A stretch of DNA of 64,000 nucleotides, from the NCBI RefSeq assembly GCF_006345805.1, contig NC_043005.1, positions 12,772,001 to 12,836,000 on the forward strand, written 5' to 3'. Shown here in pieces: positions 38,063 through 52,253 of the stretch (position 1 is the first letter of the stretch; each line of letters opens with the position of its first letter). Position numbers and translations under genes: made by a program. This DNA is from Octopus sinensis (lineage: Eukaryota). The notes below the pieces were generated by a model that ran no database searches, was not told the origin of the DNA, and saw only the letters and a list, made by a program, of their open reading frames with translations.

Positions 38063-38455
38063 CTAGCAGTATCGCCCGGCGTTGCTCGAGTTTGTAAGGG
38101 AAATAACTATATAAGCATTTTTAGAGATGTAAAGTATAATAGCCATCTCAATATAGCTAACCACAAGGGGGGGTGTTACTGTAGCTTTTTACGTTCTGAG
38201 ATTTAATAATACATTTTTAGAGAGTTACTTCCCTTATATATGCCAAAAATGCATTAAAAATGGGAAAAATGATGGTAATTTTTTTTTAAATCGTAGACTC
38301 ATCGTAGACGCGCGCTAATACCCAGAAGGACTCGATATGAATCACGACTATAAGATACCCGGTTTTGGTTAAACTGCACCGCAAAATGTGGGAGTAGTTA
38401 GGAATCTAAATCGTAGGAGACAGACAGCACACATCCTCACTTTTATATATAAAGA
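38063..38455 (-). mobile_element. Non-autonomous Helitron (393 bp)
   Basis: 5'-TC...subterminal GC-rich hairpin...CTAG-3', inserted between A and T with no TSD; near-identical copy at 59847. Confidence 0.85.
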
Positions 38456-38799
38456 TATGCAGAAAGGTTAGTATGAGTAAAAACAAAAATAATAGCATCT
38501 CTACCGTGCACACCAAATATGTCTCCAGTGGCTTCGGCATCTTTTGAATCTTGATTGAAAAGGACGAAAAACAGGGGTCGAAGATGCTCTTGTCTTTACT
38601 ACTTTTTCTACATTGATATATGTCTCATCAGAGGTAATATTTATTCAAATTTCAAAAAGGGTAACTATATGTTTGTTAAAGAAGTATAGAGCTACAAAAA
38701 TTATAAGCAATATGGCAAAAATATTTTTTGCGTTTATGCAAAGATTGGGAAAAAAAAAAGACTAAAGAATTTATCTGACAACCCAATATGTATAAACAG

Positions 38800-39205
<406 letters not shown>

Positions 39206-40120
39206 GGGTTCATGGTTCAATTGATCGACTGAAAATATAGGGAACCACCAGCATAATGCTAGCTTCCTCGGAGTCAAAACAAATGAGGTAGATTTCTTTT
39301 GGCTCTGACGAAGATATTGTGAGGGTTGTTCCCTATATTTATCGACTGATAAAATGAACGCATCCAAATGCATATCTGAAACAGCTGTAAATCCTATAGT
39401 AAATGAATATGTGTATATAACCCTTTATATCTGTCTATTTTATGTATCCCTCTGTAAAATCATATTATCTTATCTTAGTAATGCAACCACGAATTTACAA
39501 ATTTCACTGATGATGTCTAGGCTTGGTAGAACATACGGAATAAATTCAACTTGCATGAGAATATATAATTTTTCAATCGGCAGTAGTTACACAACTTGAC
39601 TCAAAGGTTCAATAGCCAAGTGGGACATATAAGCAGTCATATATGTATCAGGGTAGCTCTGCTTATGTGTATGCAAAGATGTATGCTCGCACACGCGTCT
39701 GTGAGCGTGTGTGTCTATATAGGTGCAAATGCTTACGTCTGTTCATGCCTGCATTTAGTCCCTTTAAGTGAATCCATTTATCATAGCTAAACACCACGGA
39801 ACTCACCACAGTCGCCCCATCTTTATCTGGGTTCATTTTAACCCAACAAATCTTAAATTGATGTGACATCTAGAAGATAAAATTTCCTCGCCAGGAGAAT
39901 GTGACTTCAGCGAAAGGGAAATAAAAATACTCTGTAATCCAATCCAATAGAGAAAACAGCTAACATCATCCACTGATGAAAGCGAAATTTCGACATATGG
40001 TGTATAAGAACCAATAGCTACCGTTTGTGGTTCAATGTGTGAACAGTGCATATCATGTATCGTCGGATATAATAACATCGTTAAAATAATAACACTAATG
40101 GGTAAAATGGTCTCACAGCC

Positions 40121-40318
40121 ATATAAGTTGTTTTGGGACGAAGAAATGTTGAGTGAATATGTCAAGAACTTTTTTGTCGCATCCCACCCGACACACACAC
40201 ACATATACATACATATAGCAACACATGCTATATGTATGTATATGTGTGTGTGTGTCGGGTGGGATGCGACAAAAAAGTTCTTGACATATTCACTCAACAT
40301 TTCTTCGTCCCAAAACAA

Positions 40319-40325
<7 letters not shown>
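40121..40325. repeat. Perfect palindrome, 100-bp arms, 5-nt spacer
   Basis: 40121-40220 is the exact reverse complement of 40226-40325 (checked base by base); spacer ACACA. Confidence 0.97.
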
Positions 40326-40368
<43 letters not shown>

Positions 40369-40370
40369 AT

Positions 40371-40420
<50 letters not shown>

Positions 40421-40517
40421 CATATATATATATATACATTGTGTATATGTATATATACATAAACATATTATACATATTACATATATATATGTATGTATGT
40501 ATGCGTGTATGTATACA

Positions 40518-40562
<45 letters not shown>

Positions 40563-41489
40563 ACATATATATACATAGGTTTCGGGGTTATAACCGCTAA
40601 GGCATTTCTTTAACATCAACACTTGTCGTTTTTTTTTTTCAACAGCTTCATGTGTAGGAAAATCTACGGAGACTCGCACGTCTGGGTCATCATGATCATC
40701 GCCGCCACCACCACCTTCATCATCATCATCATCATCATTGCAATCAGATCTCCTTGATAGGGCCACCGGTGTCTCGAAACAACGCTATTTGTATTCTGTG
40801 TTGTACGAAGCCATATCTTTCCAGTCTGAATAGTTTTAAGAAAGAGAGAAAAAAACAGCACGAAAATATTTCCAATAGGACTGTTACTACTACTACTACT
40901 ACTAATACTACTACTACTACTACCACTACTACTACTGTAAATTGGGGTTGATGAACAGATCTTCTGTCGTTGCTGACAACAGAACATGACACTGTATGTT
41001 AATGGTGAGGAAAGACAGTTGGTCAGAGTTATTGCTTGGGGTTGGGCAAAGTGTTGAGTGAATGTATATGTTTAAAGCATATAGGCAAGAGTGTATGAGT
41101 GTATATCCATGTGTGTATATATATCCATGAGTGTATGGTGTTATAAGTGTGTAGTGTTGGGTCTTTGAAGTGTTGTATGAGTATGTACCTGAATGTATGC
41201 GTCTGAGAGCGCAGTGATATATTCTGTAAGCCAGCGTTCCCCAAACAATGGACGAAAACTCGGATCCAGTTTCCAGTAAAAGAAAAATGCAAAATTTTAA
41301 TATAACAATAATTGCCGTGTAAAATATCCAGCAGATGGACGAAATTGCGTTTCGTTATTTCACAAGTTAACTTTAATGCGGAGCGAATGCAATAATACTG
41401 CAGCTACAAATTTGCGGAGCAGTCATGCTCATTAACTGGGTCAAACGGCTCATGTGGTATGTTTATAACGAAGGCAGTAAGCTGGCAGA

Positions 41490-41910
41490 AGGCGGCGAGT
41501 TGGCAGAATCGTTAGGATGCCGGGCGAAATGCTCCGCGGTATTTCGTCTGCCGTTTACGTTCTGAGTTCAAATTCCGCCGAGGTCGACTTTGCCTTTCAT
41601 CCTTTCGAGGTCGATAAATTGAGTACCAGTTACGCACTGGGGTCGATGTAATCGACTTAATACCTATGTCTGTCCTTGTTTGTCCCCTCTGTGTTTAGCC
41701 CCTTGTGGGTAATAAAGAAATAGGTATTTCGTCTGCTGTTACGTTGTGAATTCAAATTCCGCCGAGGTCGACTTTGCCTTTCATCTTTTCGGGGTCGATA
41801 AATTAAGTACCAGTTACGCACTGGGGTCGATGTAATCGACTTAATCCTTTTGTCTGTCCTTGTTTGTCCCTTCTGTGTTTAGCCCCTTGTGGGTAGTAAA
41901 GAAATAGGTA
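41490..41910 (+). mobile_element. SINE family C dimer
   Basis: Second unit starts GGTATTTCGTCTG at 41723. Confidence 0.9.
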
Positions 41911-43256
41911 TGGAGAAGCGTCAGTGATAACATGACTATGAAACACATCGTCACAGGAGCTGAATCTGCAAACACAGAGAACATATTAGGAAATTTAGCT
42001 GAATATTTCCTATTTCTACTAGTGCACACATAGTCATATAATGTGGATGCACCAAGAGTCTTTAAGTCCAAGCATTGCATTCGTCTGGAATCATGTAATT
42101 CAAAGAGGGTCCGTGACTTTCTGCTCTTCCCCTTTTTAGAAGAAAAAACTTACTGTTCCTTCTCTTGAAAAACACGATTCTGAGAAGACAAACTAAACCA
42201 CTGGATGCTGATCGAAAACAGTCTTCCCCGTCTTATTATTTGTTTCCAGAAGCACTGGTGAACCTTTAATTAATTTACTATAAACTAACCATATTATTTA
42301 ATTAATTTACTATAAATTAACCATATTATTAACAAGTTGTTTTTTTATTTATTATTAAATCGAAATTTCGTATTGCATATCTACTATTGAAATAATGAAG
42401 GAAACTTAACAAAATCAGAGATCTTTCAACTTTCCATATCCTACAGCTATTTCGATAATCCTTACGCTGTCTCGCAGTGTAATATTTATCTTGCAATGGA
42501 TAGGAATTAGTTTTGTGATTGAGGCACACACTTGGGAATCTCTTGAAATCCACATTTTGTTAACAAAATATATATTAAAATTGAAATTTTAAAAAATTTT
42601 TCTAGATAACGTTAACTTTAACAATTGCTTTCTTTAAGTAAAAGTTACATAATCCAAACGAAGATCCTTTCTTTTATATTACTGTTAATATAGAGATGTG
42701 AGAATCATATTTTCTAGGATTTTTGAAGTGATCTCCAAATAACAAAAAAACAGAAATAAGCGGAGAGAAGAAAACGACAAAACATTCAGAAAGAAATGGG
42801 AACAAACAAGAAAGATAGTGAAGAAGGAAAGAGATTAAAAAAGAATGAAACGAAAAATACAAAATTGGCACTATAAAAACAACAAATGCTAAAAATATAA
42901 ATAAAACAGGAACATTGATAGGACTACATCAACCAAAAGGACGTAGAAACACTTGTTAGTAATAGATATGAGCTACGCTAGACTGTCACTAAAAGCATGC
43001 AGGCTTTAAATTAATTAATTCTTGTAAGCATCGAGATAACATTTTAGTCCATTGATGTGAGGTTATATACGTCAAGAGATTTAACCAATCGTAAAGACTA
43101 GTCTCCAGCAGTCATAAATGTCCGTGTTCGAAAAATTGGGTCAAAGAAGTCGGGAAAGAATGATAAAGCGACACGTTATTAATCGCAAGGACATCAACGT
43201 ATATGCACAGACGTATATATCTATTTATCTACCTATATATATATATATATATATAT

Positions 43257-43499
43257 ATACTAAGTAATTAAGGGTTTAGCAACGAATTGCCTCACCAACA
43301 CACCGAATTTAGAAATAGCAGTCAAAGAGATATAGCTATTCCTTCTACTAAAAGGGGGATCTCAGTAAAAACACAGCACTTGAACTTTTACTGAGATCCC
43401 CCTTTTAGTAGAAGGAATAGCTATATCTCTTTGACTGCTATTTCTAAATTCGGTGTGTTGGTGAGGCAATTCGTTGCTAAACCCTTAATTACTTAGTAT
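43257..43499. repeat. Perfect palindrome, 114-bp arms, 15-nt spacer
   Basis: 43257-43370 is the exact reverse complement of 43386-43499 (checked base by base); spacer ACACAGCACTTGAAC. Confidence 0.97.
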
Positions 43500-43596
43500 T
43501 ACTTAAATTTTCCTCGAATGGGGCTTTTACATGCCGAAATCTACTTGGTGTAATTGATAATTATCCCTAATTAATTAATTTCACCTCTTATTATTA

Positions 43597-43669
<73 letters not shown>

Positions 43670-43702
43670 GAAGGCGCATATATACATGAAGGCGCATATA
43701 TA

Positions 43703-44047
43703 GTGAAGGCGCATGGCTCAGTGGTTAGAGCGTCGAGCTTACGATTGTGAGGTTGTGAGCTCGAATCCTAGACCGGGCTGCGTGTAGTGTTCTTGAGCAA
43801 GACACTTTATTTTCACGTTGCTCCAGTTCACTCAGCTGTAGAAATGAGTTGCGACGTCACAGGTGCCAAGCTGTATCGGCCCTTGCCTTTCCCTTGGACA
43901 ACATCGGTGACGTGGAGAGGGAAGGCCGGTATGCATGGGCGACTGCTGGTCTTCCATAAAACAACCTTGCCCAGACTTGTGCCTCAGAGGGTATCTCTCT
44001 AGGTGCAAACCCATGGTCAGTGCCTGACCGAAGGGGGTCTTTACCCT
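43703..44047 (+). mobile_element. SINE family D (tRNA-derived)
   Basis: GAAGGCGCATGGCTCAGTGGTTAGAGCG...CTCGAATCC head; body matches 36081 and 51620. Confidence 0.9.
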
Positions 44048-44049
44048 TT

Positions 44050-44112
44050 ATATATACATATGTGTGTGTGTGTGTGTGTGTGTGCTTGTGTGTGTGTATA
44101 AATGTATGTATG

Positions 44113-44145
<33 letters not shown>

Positions 44146-44291
44146 AACGTATATATATACGTATATATATATGTGTATGTGTGTGTATTTGTGTGCGTGT
44201 GTGTGTATGTATATATGTATACAGGCATATATATACATGTATAGACATTATATATGTGTGTGTGTGCAGATATAGATAGACAGATGGATAA

Positions 44292-44389
<98 letters not shown>

Positions 44390-44540
44390 TGTGTGTTTGT
44401 ATATATGTATATGTATGTATGTAGGTATGTAAATATATACCTATGTCATTCATGTATCCATACACATGGATATATATATATACATATACACAAACACAAT
44501 CATACATGTATGCACATACATACATACACATCCACAAGCA
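44050..44540. repeat. (TG)n/(TA)n/(GATA)n microsatellites
   Basis: Direct reading. Confidence 0.92.
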
Positions 44541-44904
44541 CGCATACGAGTGTACAGAAATGGACTTCAGCGCAAACTTTCATCTCGTTGAACATATTGA
44601 TTTCATTTTTTCCTAAGTTCCTTATATATAATAATATCATCGAGTTCCAGTTTGCCTGAATAATTGTGTCCATTGTCATCGGGTGCTGTAATCCAACTTT
44701 CCATAATCAATATTATTATGTTAGTGTTTCGGGCAAAATGTTTAACGTTTATTTCTTTCGGGTCTTTGCAGTCTGCGTTCAAATATCGCCAGGGTCAAAT
44801 TGTCTTTTAATCTTTTCGGGGTCGATAAAAACAAAGGACCAGTCAGACACTGCGACGATATATTCGTATCATTGCTGCTCCCATACCAAAGTTTGAAAAC
44901 AACA

Positions 44905-44909
44905 ACGAC

Positions 44910-44984
<75 letters not shown>

Positions 44985-44985
44985 A

Positions 44986-45034
<49 letters not shown>

Positions 45035-45048
45035 TAATAATAATAATA

Positions 45049-45095
<47 letters not shown>

Positions 45096-45245
45096 AAAAT
45101 AATAATAATAATAACAATAACAACAACAACAACAACAACAACAATAATAATAATAATAATAATAATTAAAAAATAATAATAATAATAATAATAACAACAA
45201 CAACAACAACAGCAACAATAACAATAATAATAATAATAATAATAA

Positions 45246-45304
<59 letters not shown>
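44905..45304. repeat. (AAT)n/(GAT)n/(AAC)n array, ~400 bp
   Basis: Direct reading. Confidence 0.95.
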
Positions 45305-45305
<1 letters not shown>

Positions 45306-45810
45306 CTGGTATCTGATCTTAACTGATTGGAAGTGTTATCATGTACATTGTTTTATCTTGGTATAAAAGATGGGCTACAGCAAATATTCTGCTCAATACC
45401 ACAGATTTGCTTGTCAGTTGTTTGACCTTAACCAGTTGAGCATGTCCCTTAGTGGCTGACGATATGTGCATCTCTGATCATGAGCAGGAGTAGTGGGGGA
45501 GCATCATAGCCATGTGTTGAGAGGGATTCTTTGGAGTGTGAATAATTCACCTTTGGAAACATGGATGGTTCGTTCAACATCTTTAAACAATCCCTATTCA
45601 GGAACCTTTTGAGCGAGATGGGTTACTCTACAAGAAGAAAATTCTAACCGGGCCCCACAAGGTCATGCGCTGTTTATCTTGATATGAGATCACCATGTTT
45701 GAGTGTATATCCACATATGGTTGTAATGCATGTGCCTGGTGTACCCTTATCAGACGGGTAGTCGTGATGGGTATACAAGGCTTCGAATATTTTACCCTAG
45801 TGTCACTTTG
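45305..45810 (+). mobile_element. Element F, truncated at both ends
   Basis: Reverse-complement homology to 24436-24990. Confidence 0.8.
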
Positions 45811-45912
45811 CCTCTGCGGAATTTGAACTCAGAACGTAAAGACGGACGAACTGCTGCTAAGCATTTTGCCCGGCGCAGTAATGATTCTGTCAGTAATAAT
45901 AATAATAATATG

Positions 45913-46332
45913 ATTGTCAGTTGTTTGACCTTAACCAGTTGAGCATGTCCCTTAGTGGCTGATGATATGTGCATCTCTGATCACGAGCAGAAGTAGTGGG
46001 GGAGCATCATAGCCATGTGTTGAGAGGGATTCTTTGGGGTTTGAATAATTCACCTCTGGAAACATGGGTGGTTCTTTCAACATCCTTAAACAACCCTTAT
46101 TCAGGGACCTTTTGATCGGGATGGGCTACTCAACCTGAAGAAAATTCTAACAGGGTCCCACCTGCAAGGTCATGTGCTGTTTATCTTTATATGAGATCAC
46201 CATGTCGCGCACATATGGTTGTGATGCATGTGCCTGGTGTACCTTTATCAGACGGGTAGTCATGATGGGTATATTGGGCTTCGTATATTTTACCCCAGTG
46301 TCACTTTGATGGCATGCACTGCTCTCTCACTC
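45913..46332 (+). mobile_element. Element F, 5'-truncated, in (AAT)n
   Basis: Ends CTGCTCTCTCACTC then (AAT)n, as in the 24436 copy. Confidence 0.8.
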
Positions 46333-46394
<62 letters not shown>

Positions 46395-46402
46395 TAATAA
46401 TA

Positions 46403-46770
46403 ACAAGAGCACTCAGAGAGCGCAAACCTCCGCCAAGGCAACACCAACGTCTTTTCAACGATTAGCCAAATTTTTTAAAATGTGTATATCTGAAATAAAT
46501 TCGACTGCTCTCACAAACGAGACTACTAAAAATGAACTCGACCGCTCTCAAAAATTAAGTAAAAAAAAAAAAAGGGAAAAATAACCCAGAATCCTAGTCC
46601 GATACCAGATCGATCTCAAAATTTAATCAGTCCGTGTCAGTCACAAAGCCGAACATCCCTGAAAGTTTCATCCGAATCCATCGAGTGGTTCGTGAGATAT
46701 TTTGTCTGCGGACAAATAAACAAATAAACAAGATTAAAAACAATACCTCCGCCTTCGCTAAGGCGCAGGT
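46403..46770. mobile_element. Helentron-associated element (HINE-like)
   Basis: Subterminal ACCTCCGCCAAGGC near one end and hairpin ACCTCCGCCTT-CGCT-AAGGCGCAGGT at the other; AA/TT-rich insertion site. Confidence 0.7.
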
Positions 46771-46809
46771 AATAATAATATTAATAATAATAATGATAAA
46801 TAATAACCC

Positions 46810-46965
46810 TTTCTACTACAGGCACAAGGCCTGAAATTTTGAAGATTACATCGACCCCAGTACTCAACTGGTACTGATTTCATCGACTCCGAAATTATGA
46901 AAGACAAAGTAGACCTCAGTGGAATTTGAACGCAGAACGTGAAAAGAGACGAAATACCACTAAGC
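46810..46965 (-). mobile_element. SINE family C fragment, alternative tail
   Basis: GGCACAAGGCCTGAAATTTTG...GAATTTGAAC similarity to 6190 and 15900. Confidence 0.7.
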
Positions 46966-47120
46966 CCGGGATGCAAACGATTCCCTTTTGCTGAACCGGA
47001 ATATGTACGTCCATATATATATTTTATTTTTTTAATTTTATTTTATCTAGTTTCAGCTCACGAGCTGTGGCCATGCTGGGACACCGCCATTTGGTGTTGC
47101 TACATGATTTTACTTCATAT

Positions 47121-47153
<33 letters not shown>

Positions 47154-47680
47154 GGACGTACATAATACACACAGATGCATATATATGCATATATACATTA
47201 CATGTGTATGCGTATGTGTGTACAGATATACTTGCATGCACTTATACACGTGCATACACATGTATATTCATAGCAGTATACACACTCATACAATTGTGGA
47301 ATACGCATATACAATTCTACAAATGCATGTTATACGTATATATAAGCATGTCCAAATATGAATATATGGAGCTATATTGATAAATTACATTATATATAAT
47401 GAAATCAAATAAAATATAATTCAATAATTCAATAATTACAAAATAATTTAGAAAATGTAGAAATTAATAAAGAAATTAAATAAGAAGAGAAATTAGGAAT
47501 TTTTGTTTTTTTTACAAAATAGATTTACGTCTAAACGGTTTTCAAAGCAGGTCAGTAAAAGAAAGTACATCTCATTACCTGTCCAACAGAAGAATGTGCT
47601 CATGTTAATACATATAGATCTGGTAATATACACATGAAACTCTCGATCCTTGAGTCACTCTGTTGCTTCCGCTAAATGTT

Positions 47681-48085
47681 GTGGCTGTGTGGTAAGTAGC
47701 TTGCTAACCAACCACATGGTTCCGGGTTCAGTCCCACTGCGTGGCACCTTGGGCAAGTGTCTTCTGCTATAGCCCCGGGCCGACCAATGCCTTGTGAGTG
47801 GATTTGGTAGACGGAAACTGAAAGAAGCCTGTCGTATATATGTATATATATATATGTGTGTGTTTGTTTGTGTGTCTGTGTTTGTTCCCCTAGCATTGCT
47901 TGACAACCGATTCTGGTGTGTTTACGTCCCCGTCACTTAGCGGTTCGGCAAAAGAGACCGATAGAATAAGTACTAGGCTTACAAAGAATAAGTCCCGGGG
48001 TCGATTTGCTCGACTAAAAGCGGTGCTCCAGCATGGCCGCAGTCAAATGACTGGAACAAGTAAAAGAGTAAAAGAGTAAAAGAGT
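47681..48085 (+). mobile_element. SINE family B
   Basis: Near-identical to 55700 and 61676. Confidence 0.92.
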
Positions 48086-48089
48086 ATAT

Positions 48090-49175
48090 ATCCATATTAT
48101 GAGTTCTATTTTTCCTGTTTGCACCAACATACCTAGATACCTGGACTTTGTGGGAAGATACTAAATCTTGTTTATATACGTATGGCCTTCCACTGTGTAC
48201 GTCATTCAACCAGAGCCAAACAATTGTCTACAACATCTCAACGTACCCAGTGGCATTGGTTCTAAGACCTTGCGGAATGTTATCAGGTGGCATGACATGA
48301 CTTTCTTTACTCACTACTTCTACAATCGTCACAGGGGCTGGGGGAGTTCGGAAAGATTTGTAAATGATTATCTGCCATTTTCCCGCTCACGCATATGACC
48401 ATCGAGGTTTTTCGCATCAGTGAAAAACTAAAACATAACGGGGGAGTTTAAGCCTTGTTTAGTAACCGCTTGATACGGATCAAACGGTTTTCCTGTCTTT
48501 CCAGACATGAATTGCCCTTTCCTCAGTAAATATGACTTGTATCGAAAGTCCTTGAACAGCACAGTTCTGATACTCCACTTCGCCACCAAAGATCTTTAGC
48601 GATGGCCCTCACTGGCTTTCTAGAAACATCATCGATGATGTTTTAAACCCGTTGGATGAATTGTGGTGTCTCTATAGCATCCGAAAGTTTAAGGCGGTGA
48701 TCTGGTAGAAACGTTAGCACGCCGGGCGAAATGCGTAGCCGTATTTCGTCTGCCGTTACGTTCTGGGTTCAAATTCCACCGAGGTCGACTTTGCCTTTCA
48801 TCCTTTCGGGGTCGATAAATTAAGGACCAGTTACGCACTGGGGTCGATGTAATCGACTTAATCCGCTTGTCTGTCCTTGTTTGTCCCCTCTGTGTTTAGT
48901 ACCTTGTGGGTAGTAAAGAAATATATAGCATCGGAAAGTTTAAAATGTATTTTTTCTTTGCTCGTTTGTTTTTGTTTGTTTGTGTGGGGTTTATTTTCTC
49001 TCTTACATACAATTCTAACATCGCCGCCAGAGGCTTCCAATTCCATCCGAAATTTGAGTGCAAAAGGTCTTGCAGCATTTAAAAAGCTGCCAGTTACTAA
49101 ATCGCTGTGACCTACACAAATAGCCACAATGACTGGATATCTATTTACGTCCTCTATTAGCATTGTATCAGCCAT
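48090..49175 (-). mobile_element. maT/Bmmar1-like (Tc1/mariner superfamily) transposase remnant, split by a SINE C
   Basis: MADTMLIEDVNRYPVIVAI...ELEASGGDV; SDAIETPQFIQRV*NIIDD.SRKPVRAIAKDL; RKGQFMS; ENRLIRIKRLLNK; GHVMP-like and GRPYVYKQD segments. Confidence 0.75.
48693..48923 (+). mobile_element. SINE family C monomer
   Basis: 20-bp TSD TATAGCATC(C/G)GAAAGTTTAA at 48673 and 48924. Confidence 0.92.
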
Positions 49176-49336
49176 GGGAAATCTGAAAGAAATAGAAAAC
49201 GTTTAATAATTTGAAGGAATATATTGATTGCCAAGTCTCTTCAAGTATCCCTCACACCATGTATATATAGGTTTAGTATGTAGAGGTTTGTTCTGAAAGA
49301 CCTCGAAAAATCGAACTTAATACACGAATATATATA

Positions 49337-49722
49337 CTCTCTCTCTTTACTCTTTTACTTGTTTCAGTCATTTGACTGTGGCCATGCTGGAGCACCGCCT
49401 TTAATCAAGCAACTCGACCCCGGGACTTATTCTTTTGTAAGCCCAGTAGTTATTCTATCGGTCTCTTTTGCCGAACCGCTAAGTAACGGGGACATAAACA
49501 CACCAGCATCGGTTGTCAAGCAATGCGAGGGGGGGGGGCAAACACAGACACACAAACACACACATGCATAGATATATATATATACATATATACGACGGGC
49601 TTCTTTTCAGTTTCCGTCTACCAAATCCATTCACAAGGCTTTGGTCGGCCCGAGGCTATAGTAGAAGGCACTTTCCCAAGGTGCCACGCAGTGGGACTGA
49701 ACCCGGAACCATGTGGTTGGTA
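49337..49722 (-). mobile_element. SINE family B
   Basis: Reverse complement of the family B sequence, slightly 5'-truncated. Confidence 0.9.
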
Positions 49723-50099
49723 AATCTAAAAGTGTCTCAAGGGCCAAGAGTTTCGTTCAGTTTGGTAAGTGTCATGAACGAAAGACTCGATCCTTCAGTC
49801 ACTGTATAACTTCAGCCGATTAAATGTAATAAAATACAAGCACCCACGCACGCACTCACGCACATTGCATATACGTAAACAAATGTAAAGTGGTATTGAG
49901 TACATATTTTTTTATATCTTTAGCTTGTTTTCGCCATGATGGCTCGAGCCATGCTGTAGCAGCTTCATGCAGAAGAGTTCATTTACTGCTAAGGAATATT
50001 GTCTGTTGTTTTGTTTTATTTTTCTTTGCCGCAAGGGTCACAGGTGACATGAAATACAAGATAACTGAGTTAACCACCATTTTTAAATCAACACATGTA

Positions 50100-50111
50100 T
50101 TCATATATATA

Positions 50112-50161
<50 letters not shown>

Positions 50162-50453
50162 CATATGTATATATTATATATATTTATGTATGTATGTATG
50201 TATGTATACATATATGTATATATATCTATATATACGCATTTACATATCTATCTATCCATATATGATTATATACATGTATATATACATGCATATATACTTT
50301 TATATATATATATACATACATGTATATAGATATGTATATATATATGCTTATATATACTTATATATATACATGTATATAAAATAAATGTATATATATATAT
50401 GTGTGTATATATATACTTATAAATGTATATAAGCATATACATCTATCTATCTA

Positions 50454-50492
<39 letters not shown>

Positions 50493-50604
50493 TGAAATAT
50501 ATATTGATTGATATTATGTATATACATGTATATATATGTATACATATATACATATAGATATATGTGTATGTTTGCATATACATATATATATGTATATATG
50601 TAAC

Positions 50605-50636
<32 letters not shown>

Positions 50637-50760
50637 TCATATATGTGAGTGTGTGTATGTGTGCGGAGGTCTCTGTGTGTGCGTACGGTGGGTGTGTGCC
50701 TGTGTGTGCGTACGGTGTGTGTGTGTGTGTCTGTGTGTGTTTCTTACTGCAAGCTTGTTA
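50100..50760. repeat. (TA)n/(TG)n microsatellite field
   Basis: Direct reading. Confidence 0.92.
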
Positions 50761-51276
50761 TTTTTTTTCATGTATGTTTATGTGAAAGATCTTTAGAATG
50801 TAGAATATTGAAAGCAACGCACGCAACCTGCAGAAGGGTAAGAACAGTAGAAGCATATGTATTTAGCATATTAACATCATTAAAATTTCACAGCAACATC
50901 TTAAATGTTAACATTTCAACGTATTGATTTGTGCGGGAGCGTATACACCTGCGCGCGTGTGTGTGTGTACGTGGTGGGTGTACTTAAGTGTGTGTGTTGT
51001 GTATGCATGTATGTCTTTGTCAGATTACGTGTGTGTATAAGTTGAATATTTTACGGGTTAATACATCTATAACCCTACGCAGTCAAAAGTAATCCGAATA
51101 CAAACTAACGAGTAAGTCTTTAAGTGCTTCTTTGAAATGCTAGAAATAACAACCAAACCTCCCTTAAGTTACTCATTGCCACAGGTAAGCTTCAAAATAT
51201 ACTATATATTCTATATTCTACACAGCGAGGAGACTTGCGCATAACTGAGTTGATTAAAACCTTTTTTTTATATCAT

Positions 51277-51455
51277 AGGCGTAGGAGTGGCTGTGTGGTA
51301 AGTAGCTTGTTTACGAACCACATGGTTTCAGGTTCAGTCCCACTGCGTGGCACCTTGGGCAAGTGTCTTCTACTATAACATCGGGCCGACCAAAGCCTTG
51401 TGAGTGGATTTGGTTGACAGGAAAATGAAAGAGGCCCGTCGTATATATGTATATA

Positions 51456-51503
<48 letters not shown>

Positions 51504-51510
51504 ATATATA

Positions 51511-51560
<50 letters not shown>

Positions 51561-51984
51561 GTATATATATATATATATATATATACATATATATACATAT
51601 GTATATATGTCCGGGATCCGGGACCCCCTCGGTCACGACACCGACCATGGGATTGCACCTAGAAAGTCACCCTCCTAGTCACAAGTCTGGGCATGGTTGT
51701 TTATGGAAGACCAGCAGTCACCCATGCATACCAGCCTCCCCTCTCCACGCCACCAGTGTTACCCAGGGAAAGGCAAAGGTCGATACAGCTTGGCACTCGT
51801 GACGTCGCAACTCATTTCTACAGCTGATTGAACTGGAGCAACGTGAAATAAAGTGTCTTGCTCAAGAACACAACACGCCGCCCGGTCCGGGATTCGAGCT
51901 CACAACCTCACGATCGTAAGCTCGATGCTCTACCACTGAGCCATGCGCCTTCACATGTATATATGTATTAATATAATATATATA

Positions 51985-52043
<59 letters not shown>

Positions 52044-52050
52044 ATATATA

Positions 52051-52096
<46 letters not shown>

Positions 52097-52196
52097 AATT
52101 ATATATAAATCCTAGTTAAGGACCATATTCATGTGAATTCTTTAGAATTCACTTGAATCTCAATTACTTAACCGAATATATATATATATATATATG

Positions 52197-52253
<57 letters not shown>

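Noticed and set aside
45465-45500. CTGACGA/CTGATGA inside element F
   Set aside because: There is no downstream stem II plus GAAA.
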